This document shows positions 36,039 to 45,965 of a stretch of 64,000 bases of DNA, one piece after another. Positions within the stretch are counted from its first letter, which is position 1, and each line of letters starts with the position of its first letter. The stretch lies in NCBI GenBank assembly GCA_964401315.1, contig CAYNYB010000017.1, forward strand, positions 7,596 to 71,595, read 5' to 3'. A model generated the notes under the pieces. It was not told where the DNA came from and ran no database searches. It saw only the letters and a program-made list of their open reading frames with translations. The translations under genes were made by a program, and so were the position numbers. The stretch comes from an uncultured Alistipes sp. (GTDB taxonomy: Bacteria; Bacillota; Clostridia; Oscillospirales; Ruminococcaceae).

Positions 36039-39000
36039 TTACTTAATAGGAAGATCTTCAAGCTTGTAAATACCTGCGTCAACCTGCTGAATCGTAAGTG
36101 CATCCTGAGCTGTTACACCGTCTTTGTTTCCGATAACATCGGCGTTGATAAGTCCCTGATCTGTAAGAGAATACTCGTCTTTATTTGTAAGGAACTGGAG
36201 AATCAAAGTTGCGTCTGCGATCTCAACCTTGCCGTCGCAGTTTGCGTCGCCGTAAACGTTTTTGTCTGATGAAGTTGTTGTAGTTCCTGCAGGCTGCTGA
36301 GTTGTAGTTACCGGAGCCGATGAACCGTCTGCATATATCATGTAGAAGAGATTTGCCGTATCAGCCTTAGTAATAGTGTGCGAACCGGACGCAAGGTCTA
36401 CCGTGATGATTCCGTTGACCGCCTTATATTTCGTATCGTCGATCTTTACTGTAGTGTCAGCCTCAGCGAATACCAGAGTAAGCTTTCCTGCCGACGCAGC
36501 GTTGAATGTGATATTTGTTGCGGATTCCATTTTCAGGCATTGTGTGAGAGTTTTGCCATCGTAATTTACCGTACCCTTACTTGTTGAAAGGTTGCCCGTG
36601 ATTTTGTAGAATGTGCTGTCTTTGCCGTTAGCTGTAAAGTCGTGAACATATCCGCCTGAAACCACGGGAGTTGAAGATGTAGTGGTTGTAGTTGTCTGAG
36701 CATTAGAATTTGTTGTTGACTGTGTAGTTACAGGAGGAGTAACTGATGAACCTGTGAAGTGATAGCCCATTGAAACGTATTCGCCCTTGGTTTCAAAATA
36801 ACCGTTTGTATTTACGCTGCCGTCAGCGTTTCTCCATGCTGTGTGGAAATCTGTACCCTGTACAGGAGCTTTAGCTGTTGAAACAAAGTCAGATGTTGCA
36901 GGTCCATCGTATTTAGTACCGATTTTTGCACCGTTTGTTACAGCAGTATCGGAAGCTACTTTATAATAACCGCTGTTATAGTAAACACCGTTATTGTACA
37001 TACCTACATACTTATCATTTGCCGGCTTGCTTACCGAAAGCTTGCTGTCTGAAATGTAAGAAGCTGTATTATAATATGAAATGAGGTTGTCGAAGTCACA
37101 GTTTGTACAGCGGTATACCGAGAAGTTTGGCTTACCGTTTCCGCCGCCGCCGTTGTTGATTGCTGTGGAGTTGGAAATTGAACCGAGCTTCGGGTTGTTG
37201 TTGTCTGTGAATCCACAGTTGAGATTCTCAAACGCAAGGCAGTTATCAACAATATGTGCAGAGCCAATACCTGAACCGCCGAGCTTGAATCCGTTACCGT
37301 CGCAGTCGCCATAGCCCTCGCCGAATTCAGTGAAACCATTTCTGAATGCAACACAGTTCTTGAGTGTTACCACGCCGATAGGACCTGTTTCGGATTTTGC
37401 AAATAAATCCCAGCCGTCATCAGAGTTATTGTATGACATACAGCCGTCAAATACATTGCCCTCACCGCAGGTAAGTTTTGCAGCAAATCCGTCAGCGTTT
37501 TCCATTGTAGCGTCATCGCAGTTATTCTTGGAAGTACAGTTGAGGATCGTATTATATGAAGGCCAGTCAGCAAGAGTTGCCGCGCTTGTGTTGTAGCGTG
37601 AGATCTGGAGACCTGTATCCTGATTGTCGTTGAATACCATCATTTCAATGAGGTTGTTATTACCGGAAAGCAGCATTCCGTTATCGGCAGCCTTTGTGAT
37701 CTCAAATCCGTAGAAGTGCCAGTAATCGCCGTCAAGCGTAACGCCTCTCTTTGAACCGTCAGCAGCGCCCTGTCCTGAGAAATCCCAAACAACCTTTGCG
37801 CCTGGGTATGCGGAAATTGTCTTGTATTTTCCTGCTGAACCGTTGTTGTTTGAATCGATGAGGATCATTTCGCTGAACTTATATGTTCCGTCAAGGAGAT
37901 AGATCGTACCGCCTGCGGGAACAGCCTTGATAGCTGAAAGAACGTCTGTGGGAGCCTGCATTGTCTTACCGTCTCCGCCACCGTTAGGTGAAGCGTAGAT
38001 CACATTTGCGCCTGTAACGGGAGCCGCGGTAGTTACGACAGGGGGATTTGTAGCAGGCGGAGCCGTAGTCTGAGTAGTCTGAACAGGAGCCTGAGTTGTT
38101 GCAGGAGGATTGGAAACATCTTCCTTGAATCCGCTTCCGATAGCAACTATCGAATCTTTGTAAGCTACGAGAGCAGCTTTTAATTCGGCATTTACAGCGT
38201 AGCTTGCATCGTCAACAGCGTTGTTGAACTGCCATTTGAAGTCACCGCCGTCAACACGTCCTGCCTTAGATGTTACAATAGTGGGAACATCTGCCGCAGC
38301 ATCAACATTATAGCTGTAGAAATCACTTGCTGTATCAAAGTTATTGTATGTTGCGCCGCCGTCCTTTGCCTTTACAGATGAAGGAACCTTTTCGTCTCTT
38401 GATGAAGCAACATAAGCGTCAAAGTCTGTATTGTTTTCACTGTATGGTACAAACTTTTCAGCGCCCTCTATAATATTGCCGTATGCCTTGATCATACCGC
38501 CGGTTTCACCGGAAAGTACAAGTCCGCCCTCTGAACCCTGCTTTGAAATAAGCATAGGCTCTTTGCAGTTGCGGAAGTAATTGTTCTCCGCAAAAATGTC
38601 TGAATCTGTAGTAGAACCGATGCCGTACTTTGCATTGCCGTCATAGTAGTTGTTGTAAACATGAACTGTTGCAACTCTTACACGGGGGTGACGCGAATCG
38701 GAGTGATCGTACCAGTTGTGGTGATACGTGATGTAATTTGAAGTATCGCTTGCGTTTGCGCCCTGAAGATTACACTTTCCGTTATCATAGAAATGATTGT
38801 AGGAATGAGTGATATGGTGAGATTTTTTTGTATCGAGAGCGCCGTCGCCCTTTACCTGATCGGCGTCCGAACCCGCATCGCCGTAGAAATAATCGCAGTT
38901 ATGAACCCAGCAATAGGAATCGTCCTGCTGTAGACCGATATTATCGCCCTCGGAACTGTTGCAGTTCATTGTACCGATATTTCTCACTTCAATATCGTTG

Positions 39001-39767
39001 CAGCCTTTGAGAACGATTCCCCAGCCGTTTGCAGTTGCATCGTTTCCGATACCCTCGATCGTCATACCTGCGGAGGTTACGCCGTCAACGTAAAGATCGC
39101 CCTTGGGCATATTGGAAGGATCGCTGATATTTCCGATAAGTCTGATAGAGATCGGGCGTGTTTCCTTGCCTTTCTTGTATGCGGTTATGATTTCCTGAAC
39201 GCCTACACAGTCAACATCGCCCTTACCCTGTGCGTTAAGCTTAACTGTTACTGTATCCTTGTTTTCCTCGGTAACATAAACGACTACGGCATTATCTTTA
39301 AGAGTACCGTCAGCTTTGTAAGCGCCGGGCATATGACCATCCGCGAAAGCATATCCGCTTCTGTCGTGAGCGTAGCATGAAGCCGTTGCCTCGGCAGCCT
39401 TTGAGGAATCTTCCTTGCCGCTGATAATCGGAACGATCTTCATTGTGTGGCTTCCTGCCTTGAGACCTATTGCATCAGCTCTCATATAGCCGCTGTACTG
39501 TCTGATGAGCATTGAATCGATCTGAACGCCGTCAACATAAACGTTGTAGCCTGATGCGCCCGAAACAGACCCCCATGTTGCGTACATTCCCTCTGCATAG
39601 CCTGTGCATGACATAACCTTTACGCTTGCCTCAGCCGCAAAAGCTGCCGTCATGCTTCCTGCAAGAGGAGTAACCGCGCTTATCATAGTTCCCGTTACAG
39701 CCGTAACGCTCATTACAGCCGAAGCTGCAATGGCTGTGATTTTCTTTTTCATCATTGAATTTCTCAT
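36039..39767 (-). CDS. Cellulosomal bifunctional pectate lyase: PL1 - PL9 - CBM77-like - dockerin
   Basis: PL1 motifs WVHNCD, ITYHHNWY, SRHPRVR; PL9 motifs DGFAAKL, DDGWDL, GNGFKLGG; Thr/Pro linkers; CLKMESATNI module recalled as CBM77; C-terminal dockerin. Confidence 0.9.
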   Translation of the reverse strand: MRNSMMKKKITAIAASAVMSVTAVTGTMISAVTPLAGSMTAAFAAEASVKVMSCTGYAEGMYATWGSVSGASGYNVYVDGVQIDSMLIRQYSGYMRADAIGLKAGSHTMKIVPIISGKEDSSKAAEATASCYAHDRSGYAFADGHMPGAYKADGTLKDNAVVVYVTEENKDTVTVKLNAQGKGDVDCVGVQEIITAYKKGKETRPISIRLIGNISDPSNMPKGDLYVDGVTSAGMTIEGIGNDATANGWGIVLKGCNDIEVRNIGTMNCNSSEGDNIGLQQDDSYCWVHNCDYFYGDAGSDADQVKGDGALDTKKSHHITHSYNHFYDNGKCNLQGANASDTSNYITYHHNWYDHSDSRHPRVRVATVHVYNNYYDGNAKYGIGSTTDSDIFAENNYFRNCKEPMLISKQGSEGGLVLSGETGGMIKAYGNIIEGAEKFVPYSENNTDFDAYVASSRDEKVPSSVKAKDGGATYNNFDTASDFYSYNVDAAADVPTIVTSKAGRVDGGDFKWQFNNAVDDASYAVNAELKAALVAYKDSIVAIGSGFKEDVSNPPATTQAPVQTTQTTAPPATNPPVVTTAAPVTGANVIYASPNGGGDGKTMQAPTDVLSAIKAVPAGGTIYLLDGTYKFSEMILIDSNNNGSAGKYKTISAYPGAKVVWDFSGQGAADGSKRGVTLDGDYWHFYGFEITKAADNGMLLSGNNNLIEMMVFNDNQDTGLQISRYNTSAATLADWPSYNTILNCTSKNNCDDATMENADGFAAKLTCGEGNVFDGCMSYNNSDDGWDLFAKSETGPIGVVTLKNCVAFRNGFTEFGEGYGDCDGNGFKLGGSGIGSAHIVDNCLAFENLNCGFTDNNNPKLGSISNSTAINNGGGGNGKPNFSVYRCTNCDFDNLISYYNTASYISDSKLSVSKPANDKYVGMYNNGVYYNSGYYKVASDTAVTNGAKIGTKYDGPATSDFVSTAKAPVQGTDFHTAWRNADGSVNTNGYFETKGEYVSMGYHFTGSSVTPPVTTQSTTNSNAQTTTTTTSSTPVVSGGYVHDFTANGKDSTFYKITGNLSTSKGTVNYDGKTLTQCLKMESATNITFNAASAGKLTLVFAEADTTVKIDDTKYKAVNGIITVDLASGSHTITKADTANLFYMIYADGSSAPVTTTQQPAGTTTTSSDKNVYGDANCDGKVEIADATLILQFLTNKDEYSLTDQGLINADVIGNKDGVTAQDALTIQQVDAGIYKLEDLPIK

Positions 39768-40177
39768 TTTCTTTCCCTCCATGAGATCTGACGCTGATGC
39801 GTCATTTTCTGCCTTTGCCTAACAGCAGATATTTAATATAATGATATAATTGACAGAGCCAATTATCTGTCCTGTGGTCTTTCCGACCTTGTGATTATAT
39901 TATAAATCATCTTTCCACATTTTTCAATGATATATAATACTGATTAACTGACATATTGTGCTATAATGATTTTACATCAAGTTCAATTAGTCATTCACAG
40001 ATACTCTATTGAATTATTGATCATTATATGATATAATAGAACCGTTCAATAACTTCCAAAACGCTGCCTGACTTGTTTTTTTGCATCATTCAGCATTTTT
40101 CCGGTTATTAAACAGATCTAAAATTCCGGAACTGAGCAAAAAAACTGCTCTTCTCCGCATTATAAAGGGTGAATTAT

Positions 40178-41500
40178 ATGAGTAAATTCAGAACACAACA
40201 TATGACGATCGACTGGCATGATATCATAGACTGCGAAAGTACAGCCGCAGCAGCTGATGCACCTCTAAAGGAAAAAACTTATCTCGTGGGCAGAGTAGGA
40301 CTTCTCATGCTGTCTGTCGGAACAGCGGCATGGCGTGTGCGCGCCTCAATGAATAAGATCGCACGCGCACTGAATATCACCTGCAACGCTGATATCGGGC
40401 TGCTTTCGATCGAATATACCTGCGTCGATAACGGCGAGACCTGCACTAACGCTCTTTCGCTGAAAACGACAGGCGTTAATACTCACAAGCTTTCCTATCT
40501 TGAATATTTCAACGATAATTTCGCCGAAAGAACAGGAAAATATTCAATCGAGCAGTTCAATATGATGCTCGATAAGATAGAGAATCTGCCTGCAAATTAC
40601 AAGGCTATTCGACTCGGATTCGCAGCCGCTCTCGCCTGCTGCGCATTCACATTCCTGCTTGGCGGAGGCCCTGTTGAAATGATAGGAGCATTTCTTGGAG
40701 CAGGCGTCGGAAATTTCGTTCGCAAGAAGCTACTGGAAAATCACATAACTCTTTTCGCGAACGTCGCCGCAGGAGTTGCTTCCGCCTGCTGCACCTACGT
40801 TATTTTTATAAAGCTTGCCGAGTGGTTATTCGACGTTTCGGCAGTCCATCAGGCAGGCTACATATGCTCAATGCTTTTTGTTATTCCGGGATTTCCGCTG
40901 ATAACAGGCGGATTTGATCTCTCAAAACTTGATCTCCGCTCAGGTATTGAACGCGTGACGTATGCGCTGCTTATTATAGGTATCGCAACTCTGACAGGCA
41001 GCGTGACAGCTTCTTTATTCAGCTTCGCGCCCTCCGCATTCGAAGCCGTCGCGATACCTGCACATTTAAAGATTTTGCTGCGCCTTGCAACGAGTTTCTG
41101 CGGAGTTTACGGATTCTCGCTCATGTTCAACAGTCCGCGTAAAATGGCGGCAGCTGCGGGAATCATAGGAATGACAGCCAATACTCTCCGTCTGGGGCTT
41201 GTAGATTTCACGCCTGTCCCTGCTGCTGCGGCTGCATTTATAGGAACGTTCGCAGCAGGTATGCTCGCAACGCTCATAAAACCTGCCGCAGGTTATCCGA
41301 GAATCACACTGACAGTTCCGTCGATAGTAATTATGGTTCCTGGAATGTATATGTACAAGGGAATATTTTTTATTGCGCAAAAAAATCTCGCAGAAGGCGG
41401 AATGTGGCTCTGCGAAGCCGCACTGATAATTGCCGCCCTGCCGCTGGGACTGATCTTCGCCCGTATCGTGACTGATAAAAATTTCCGTAAAAGCAGCTAA
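40178..41500 (+). CDS. ThrE-family threonine/serine exporter (fused two-domain form)
   Basis: GLLMLSVGTAAWRV, IPGFPL and VPSIVIMVPG; multi-TM. Confidence 0.88.
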   Translation: MSKFRTQHMTIDWHDIIDCESTAAAADAPLKEKTYLVGRVGLLMLSVGTAAWRVRASMNKIARALNITCNADIGLLSIEYTCVDNGETCTNALSLKTTGVNTHKLSYLEYFNDNFAERTGKYSIEQFNMMLDKIENLPANYKAIRLGFAAALACCAFTFLLGGGPVEMIGAFLGAGVGNFVRKKLLENHITLFANVAAGVASACCTYVIFIKLAEWLFDVSAVHQAGYICSMLFVIPGFPLITGGFDLSKLDLRSGIERVTYALLIIGIATLTGSVTASLFSFAPSAFEAVAIPAHLKILLRLATSFCGVYGFSLMFNSPRKMAAAAGIIGMTANTLRLGLVDFTPVPAAAAAFIGTFAAGMLATLIKPAAGYPRITLTVPSIVIMVPGMYMYKGIFFIAQKNLAEGGMWLCEAALIIAALPLGLIFARIVTDKNFRKSS

Positions 41501-41504
41501 TCAT

Positions 41505-41542
41505 AAAAAAGCACAGCATTTCAATTTTAACGCTGTGCTTTT
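41505..41542. terminator. Terminator between thrE-like gene and cls
   Basis: AAAAAAGCACAGC...GCTGTGCTTTT. Confidence 0.8.
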
Positions 41543-41549
41543 ATTTTAA

Positions 41550-41710
41550 GAACTTGTGTTCATAGGATATTGCACGCATCTTTTCGGCAAATTTTACCGA
41601 TAGCAGCGTTGAAAAAGCTCACCATACGGCAGTATGCTTTCGCTTTTTCGCCTTGCTCTCGGTAAAATTATACTCGAAAATTCACGCACAAATCCTATGA
41701 ATACAAGTTC
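41550..41710. mobile_element. MITE-like element B2 (161 bp), TAA direct repeats, inserted at the cls stop codon
   Basis: TIRs GAACTTGTGTTCATAGG / CCTATGAATACAAGTTC; TAA at 41547-49 and 41711-13; reverse complement of B1 with scattered substitutions. Confidence 0.85.
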
Positions 41711-43290
41711 TAAAATAACGGTGCAATTAATTTCAGGAATTGACCTACTACTTTATAGTATAATTTCTCCTTTTTAATGCTCTCGCGAGTAACCATACGG
41801 CATTTCGTCAGCGTTTCCTGAAAATCCTCTTCGATTGACTCGATACATTCCGTTTTATACATATAAGTCGCACATTCAAAATGATGATAAAGACTGCGAT
41901 AATCAAGATTTATCGTGCCGACTACCGCTTTTTCATCGTCGCATACGAAAATTTTGGAATGCACGAATCCGGGCGTATATTCGTAAATCTTAACGCCGGC
42001 TCTTATAAGGGACTTGTAATGAGTTTTCGCAAGGGAATACGCAGCCTTTTTATCGGGAATCCCCGGCAGGATTATCCTTACGTCGATACCGCGTTCCGCC
42101 GCGAATTTCAAAGAATTTTCCAGTTCTCCGTCAAGTATCAGATACGGCGTCATTATATGAACGTAATTCGTGGCGCGATTGAGAATATCCATATAAACGT
42201 TTTCGCCGACTTTTTCATCGTCAAGCGGACAATCGGCATATGGCAGAACATATCCGTCGAATTTTCCAAAAGTCTCAACAGGTTCAAGCCATTTATCCCA
42301 CTCAGGCTCTTTTTCGGAAATATTCCACATCTGCAAAAACATAAGCGTAAAACTCCGAACGGCGTCGCCTTTTATCATTACGGCGGCGTCCTTCCAATGC
42401 CCGAAACGTTCCCTGCGGTTTATATACTCGTCCGCGAAATTCACACCGCCGTTAAAGGCTGTTTTTCCGTCGATAACAACGATTTTTCTATGATCGCGGT
42501 AATTGTAATAAGTCGACAGAAACGGCATGATAGGCGAAAAAGCCTTGCATTTTATTCCAAGATTATTCATGCGCGCAGGATAATCATGAGTAAGCGTGGA
42601 CATCTCGCACATTCCGTCGTACATTACCCGGACTTCAACGCCCTGAGCCGCCTTGTCACGCAGAATCTCCAGTATTTTTCCCCACATATAACCCTCGTCC
42701 AGAATAAAATACTCAATGAAAATAAATTTTTCTGCTTTCTGAAGCTCCTCGATAAGTCTTTCGAATTTACTCTCGCCGCTTGGGAAATATTCGGTATAAA
42801 TATTTTCGTATATCGGAAAACAGCCTGTACGATTGAGATAAAAGCATAGATCGTCAATGCCTGAACTACGAACCTCTTTCCGTGCCAGCAATCCCTTATT
42901 ATGCGGAAGTTTCCTTTTAGTTTCCGCAATAAGCTTTGCGACGCGTTTTTTTATCGCAAGATGACCTGCGTCGCTCTGAATAAATCCCAGAAGTATCGTT
43001 CCCGGAATAGGAAATATCATTATGATTATCAGCCACGAAAGTTTCGCCGAGGAATCCATTTTGCAGTTGAAAAGGTAGAATATCATTATTATCATGAAAA
43101 TTTCCAGAAACAGCCGTATCTGCGGAACAAAGTCAAGAAAGAACTGATATATCGAAACAAGAATGAAAATTTGCAGCAGCACAAGCAGAGCGATCATAAA
43201 AATTCTGCTGAATATTAATCTGAGAAGCCCTTTTTTTCGTATTGGAATAAGCCTTAATATTCCGTCGTCCTTAATTTTTTTCTTAAACAT
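41710..43290 (-). CDS. cls: Cardiolipin synthase
   Basis: Two HKD motifs (HRKIVVID, HSKIFVCD); N-terminal TMs. Confidence 0.95.
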   Translation of the reverse strand: MFKKKIKDDGILRLIPIRKKGLLRLIFSRIFMIALLVLLQIFILVSIYQFFLDFVPQIRLFLEIFMIIMIFYLFNCKMDSSAKLSWLIIIMIFPIPGTILLGFIQSDAGHLAIKKRVAKLIAETKRKLPHNKGLLARKEVRSSGIDDLCFYLNRTGCFPIYENIYTEYFPSGESKFERLIEELQKAEKFIFIEYFILDEGYMWGKILEILRDKAAQGVEVRVMYDGMCEMSTLTHDYPARMNNLGIKCKAFSPIMPFLSTYYNYRDHRKIVVIDGKTAFNGGVNFADEYINRRERFGHWKDAAVMIKGDAVRSFTLMFLQMWNISEKEPEWDKWLEPVETFGKFDGYVLPYADCPLDDEKVGENVYMDILNRATNYVHIMTPYLILDGELENSLKFAAERGIDVRIILPGIPDKKAAYSLAKTHYKSLIRAGVKIYEYTPGFVHSKIFVCDDEKAVVGTINLDYRSLYHHFECATYMYKTECIESIEEDFQETLTKCRMVTRESIKKEKLYYKVVGQFLKLIAPLF

Positions 43291-43311
43291 AAAAACCTTA
43301 CCTAAACTTTA

Positions 43312-44520
43312 TTAATTAAAAATTATTTCAGTTACTCCCTTAGAGCGAATTCCAAGTATTCGGCATCGCTCCTCTCCGAGGAAAGAATTCATTTTCTCCG
43401 TGTATTCTACAGCAATATATGACGGCACAAAAACCTGTACAATTCTGCCGCCGCAAACATGTACCGCGCCGCTTTCGCCAAGGAATCTCCTGCTGACAGC
43501 TACAACAGCGGCTGCCTCCTGATTCGCAGTATATTTTCCCGACTGATCGACAAGCCTGAAAAATTCCTCTGTATCGCCTATGCCCAAAGCCTTCACGGCG
43601 TCGGCTGCACGGCGATTTTCCTCAAAGAATCGAATCGCGCTCAATATAGCCGCATCTGAACAGCATTTTCGCATTTTCGGCAGTTCGTCGTAAAATTCAT
43701 CTTCATCAATATCATGCAAAAGAGATTTGCCGAAATATTTTGCAGCTTCTTTCATTCCGCGCGTCATCTCGTCAATATCATCTAAATTTTCCGAATCATC
43801 ACTTCCTGCAACTGTAATGCACACACTGTAGCCCAACGATGAAAAATCATAATCAATGGCTTTGATGATCGGAGCATTTCCGTCAAATTCAGCCGAAACC
43901 AAACCTCCTACCGCGCCGACGATCATATCGACATTAACATTCGGACTTGACATTGCGATTTTTTCAGCCGAAACCTCGCCATTATTGTAATAATTATTAA
44001 TTATGATTCCCATAAGATTTTCAAACGCCGCCGCTGCCGAAAATCCAGTATCAATCGGAATATCCGACGAAATATAGGCGTTGATTCCATATGATGAAAA
44101 ATTTTTTCCCACAAAAGCGGCAATTACTCCCCTGACGATTTCAACATACGGACTTTTTTTAGCTTCGTTTGTAAATCCGCCGTCAATATTGATCTCGCAG
44201 CATGGAAAATTCGGCGAATCAATGCGTATTACTCCATCTTCATTCGCTCCGGTAACAGCTATAATATCAATAGTTGCAGCCGCCGAAATCACGCAGCCGC
44301 CCTGACGATATGTACCCTCCTCGCCGATATTGACGCATACGGGCGAAGAAAATATTCTTATATCGTCGCATTCGGGATAAGCCCGCGAAAAATGCTCGGC
44401 TGCATTGATATACCGTGCACGCTGTTTCATTATCTCACGCTCGGAATTTCCGTAAAGTTCCCTGAATTTACTGTCAAATGCTCCTCCGGTAACGGCATTT
44501 ACAAGCTGCTGAATAGTCAT
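43312..44520 (-). CDS. Galactokinase-like GHMP protein with degenerate catalytic motifs
   Basis: GalK-like N-terminus and overall length; PIDTGFSAAAAFE in place of PxGxGLSSSAA; other motifs altered (see findings). Confidence 0.75.
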   Translation of the reverse strand: MTIQQLVNAVTGGAFDSKFRELYGNSEREIMKQRARYINAAEHFSRAYPECDDIRIFSSPVCVNIGEEGTYRQGGCVISAAATIDIIAVTGANEDGVIRIDSPNFPCCEINIDGGFTNEAKKSPYVEIVRGVIAAFVGKNFSSYGINAYISSDIPIDTGFSAAAAFENLMGIIINNYYNNGEVSAEKIAMSSPNVNVDMIVGAVGGLVSAEFDGNAPIIKAIDYDFSSLGYSVCITVAGSDDSENLDDIDEMTRGMKEAAKYFGKSLLHDIDEDEFYDELPKMRKCCSDAAILSAIRFFEENRRAADAVKALGIGDTEEFFRLVDQSGKYTANQEAAAVVAVSRRFLGESGAVHVCGGRIVQVFVPSYIAVEYTEKMNSFLGEERCRILGIRSKGVTEIIFN

Positions 44521-44618
44521 TAGTACAATCTCCAATCAATTTTTTTATTCTACTTATTATTATAAATCAAAATCGAAAAAAAATCTATAGTTTTTTTGAA
44601 TTTATTTTTTTAAATCCC

Positions 44619-44647
44619 TTGACAAGTTACAAAAAAGAATGTATACT
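44619..44647 (+). promoter_or_regulatory. SigA promoter of the GH130 gene
   Basis: TTGACA-N17-TATACT. Confidence 0.72.
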
Positions 44648-44718
44648 TAAATATAAAGTTAATCGTTGCTTAATTTTTGTTAAATTTTAAGGTGACGTCA
44701 CATAAAGGAATGATAAAT

Positions 44719-45738
44719 ATGTCTGAAATAAAGCTGATTTGTCCGCCTTTGCCCAATATTCCATGGCAGGAAAAGCCTGCGGACTGCACCGCTCCCATGT
44801 GGAGACACCGCGAAAATCCTATTATAGGAAGAAATCCTCTGCCCGAGGTGAGCCGCATTTTCAACAGCGCAGTTCTCCCGTATGAGGGTGAATTTGTAGG
44901 CGTATTCCGCGGTGAACAGCGCGACGGAGTTCCTCATATATATTTCGGAAAAAGCCGCGACGCTCTGCATTGGGAATTCGAAGCGGAGAAGATAAATTTC
45001 ATCGACAAAAACGGAAAATCATTTCAGCCGCTTTACGCATACGACCCGCGTCTTGTGAAGGTTGAAGATACGTATTATGCGATCTGGTGTCAGGATATGT
45101 ACGGCGCAGCGATAGGAATGGCGAAAACCAAGGATTTCAAAACGTTTACCCGTCTTGAAAATCCTTTCCTGCCTTATAATCGGAATGCAGTTCTCTTTCC
45201 GCGCAAAATCAATGGAAATTATGTTATGCTGTCGCGCCCTTGCGATAACAGTCACACGGCTTTCGGCGATATTTTCATAAGTGAAAGCAAAGATCTGGAA
45301 TTCTGGGGACGTCACCGCCATGTTATGGGAAAATCCGAAAACTGGTGGGAAAATCTCAAGATCGGCGGCGGAGCTGCTCCCATTGAGACCGATCGCGGCT
45401 GGTTGTTGTTTTATCACGGCGTGGTAAACACCTGTAACGGATATGTTTACAGCGTCGGTGCGGCGATTCTTGATATTGATCAACCGTCAAAAGTTCTTCA
45501 CCGCTGCGCAAATTACATACTTGCGCCTGAAGAATGGTACGAGGAGCGCGGATTCGTCCCCAATGTGTGCTTTCCGTGCGCAGCTCTTCACGATTCCGAA
45601 AGCGGAAGGATAGCTTTATATTATGGCTGCGCTGACAGCTATGTCGGGATAGCATACACGACAGTTTCTGAAATTTATGACTACATTCTCGCTCATGACT
45701 GCGCGGATTCCCAAGATAAATCCGCAGGCAGAAGATAA
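44719..45738 (+). CDS. GH130 beta-mannoside phosphorylase (likely GH130_2, beta-1,4-mannooligosaccharide type)
   Basis: NIPWQEKP, IFNSAV, YDPR, NRNAVLFPRKING, KIGGG, YHGV and NVCFPC motifs. Confidence 0.9.
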   Translation: MSEIKLICPPLPNIPWQEKPADCTAPMWRHRENPIIGRNPLPEVSRIFNSAVLPYEGEFVGVFRGEQRDGVPHIYFGKSRDALHWEFEAEKINFIDKNGKSFQPLYAYDPRLVKVEDTYYAIWCQDMYGAAIGMAKTKDFKTFTRLENPFLPYNRNAVLFPRKINGNYVMLSRPCDNSHTAFGDIFISESKDLEFWGRHRHVMGKSENWWENLKIGGGAAPIETDRGWLLFYHGVVNTCNGYVYSVGAAILDIDQPSKVLHRCANYILAPEEWYEERGFVPNVCFPCAALHDSESGRIALYYGCADSYVGIAYTTVSEIYDYILAHDCADSQDKSAGRR

Positions 45739-45965
45739 ACAGCCCTCTCATTCCTCGGCAAACCTCGGTTTGTCGGGGATTTTTCATTTGAATTTATAGT
45801 AAAAACCAACAAAAAATAATGTTGATAATTGTCTGATATGTACTTCTCATGCAAATTTTTTTGATTTTTTGCAAATAATACTTGCAGTTTTTTGTGAAAT
45901 GTGATAAAATAAAATGTAACTGAAAACAAATTTCGAATAGTTATTATATGACAAAGGAGATAGTT

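Noticed and set aside
39793-39819. c-di-GMP-I riboswitch-like words GGCAAA...GAAA...GACGCA in the pectate lyase leader
   Set aside because: The bases flanking GAAA cannot form the required stem and the downstream P3 elements are missing.
41881-42849. 322-aa plus-strand ORF, and similar long ORFs at 1963-2802, 31122-31919, 47914-48639, 59409-60197 and 61119-62012
   Set aside because: Each lies antisense to a well-conserved gene, has no recognisable motif or SD, and is expected from codon bias.
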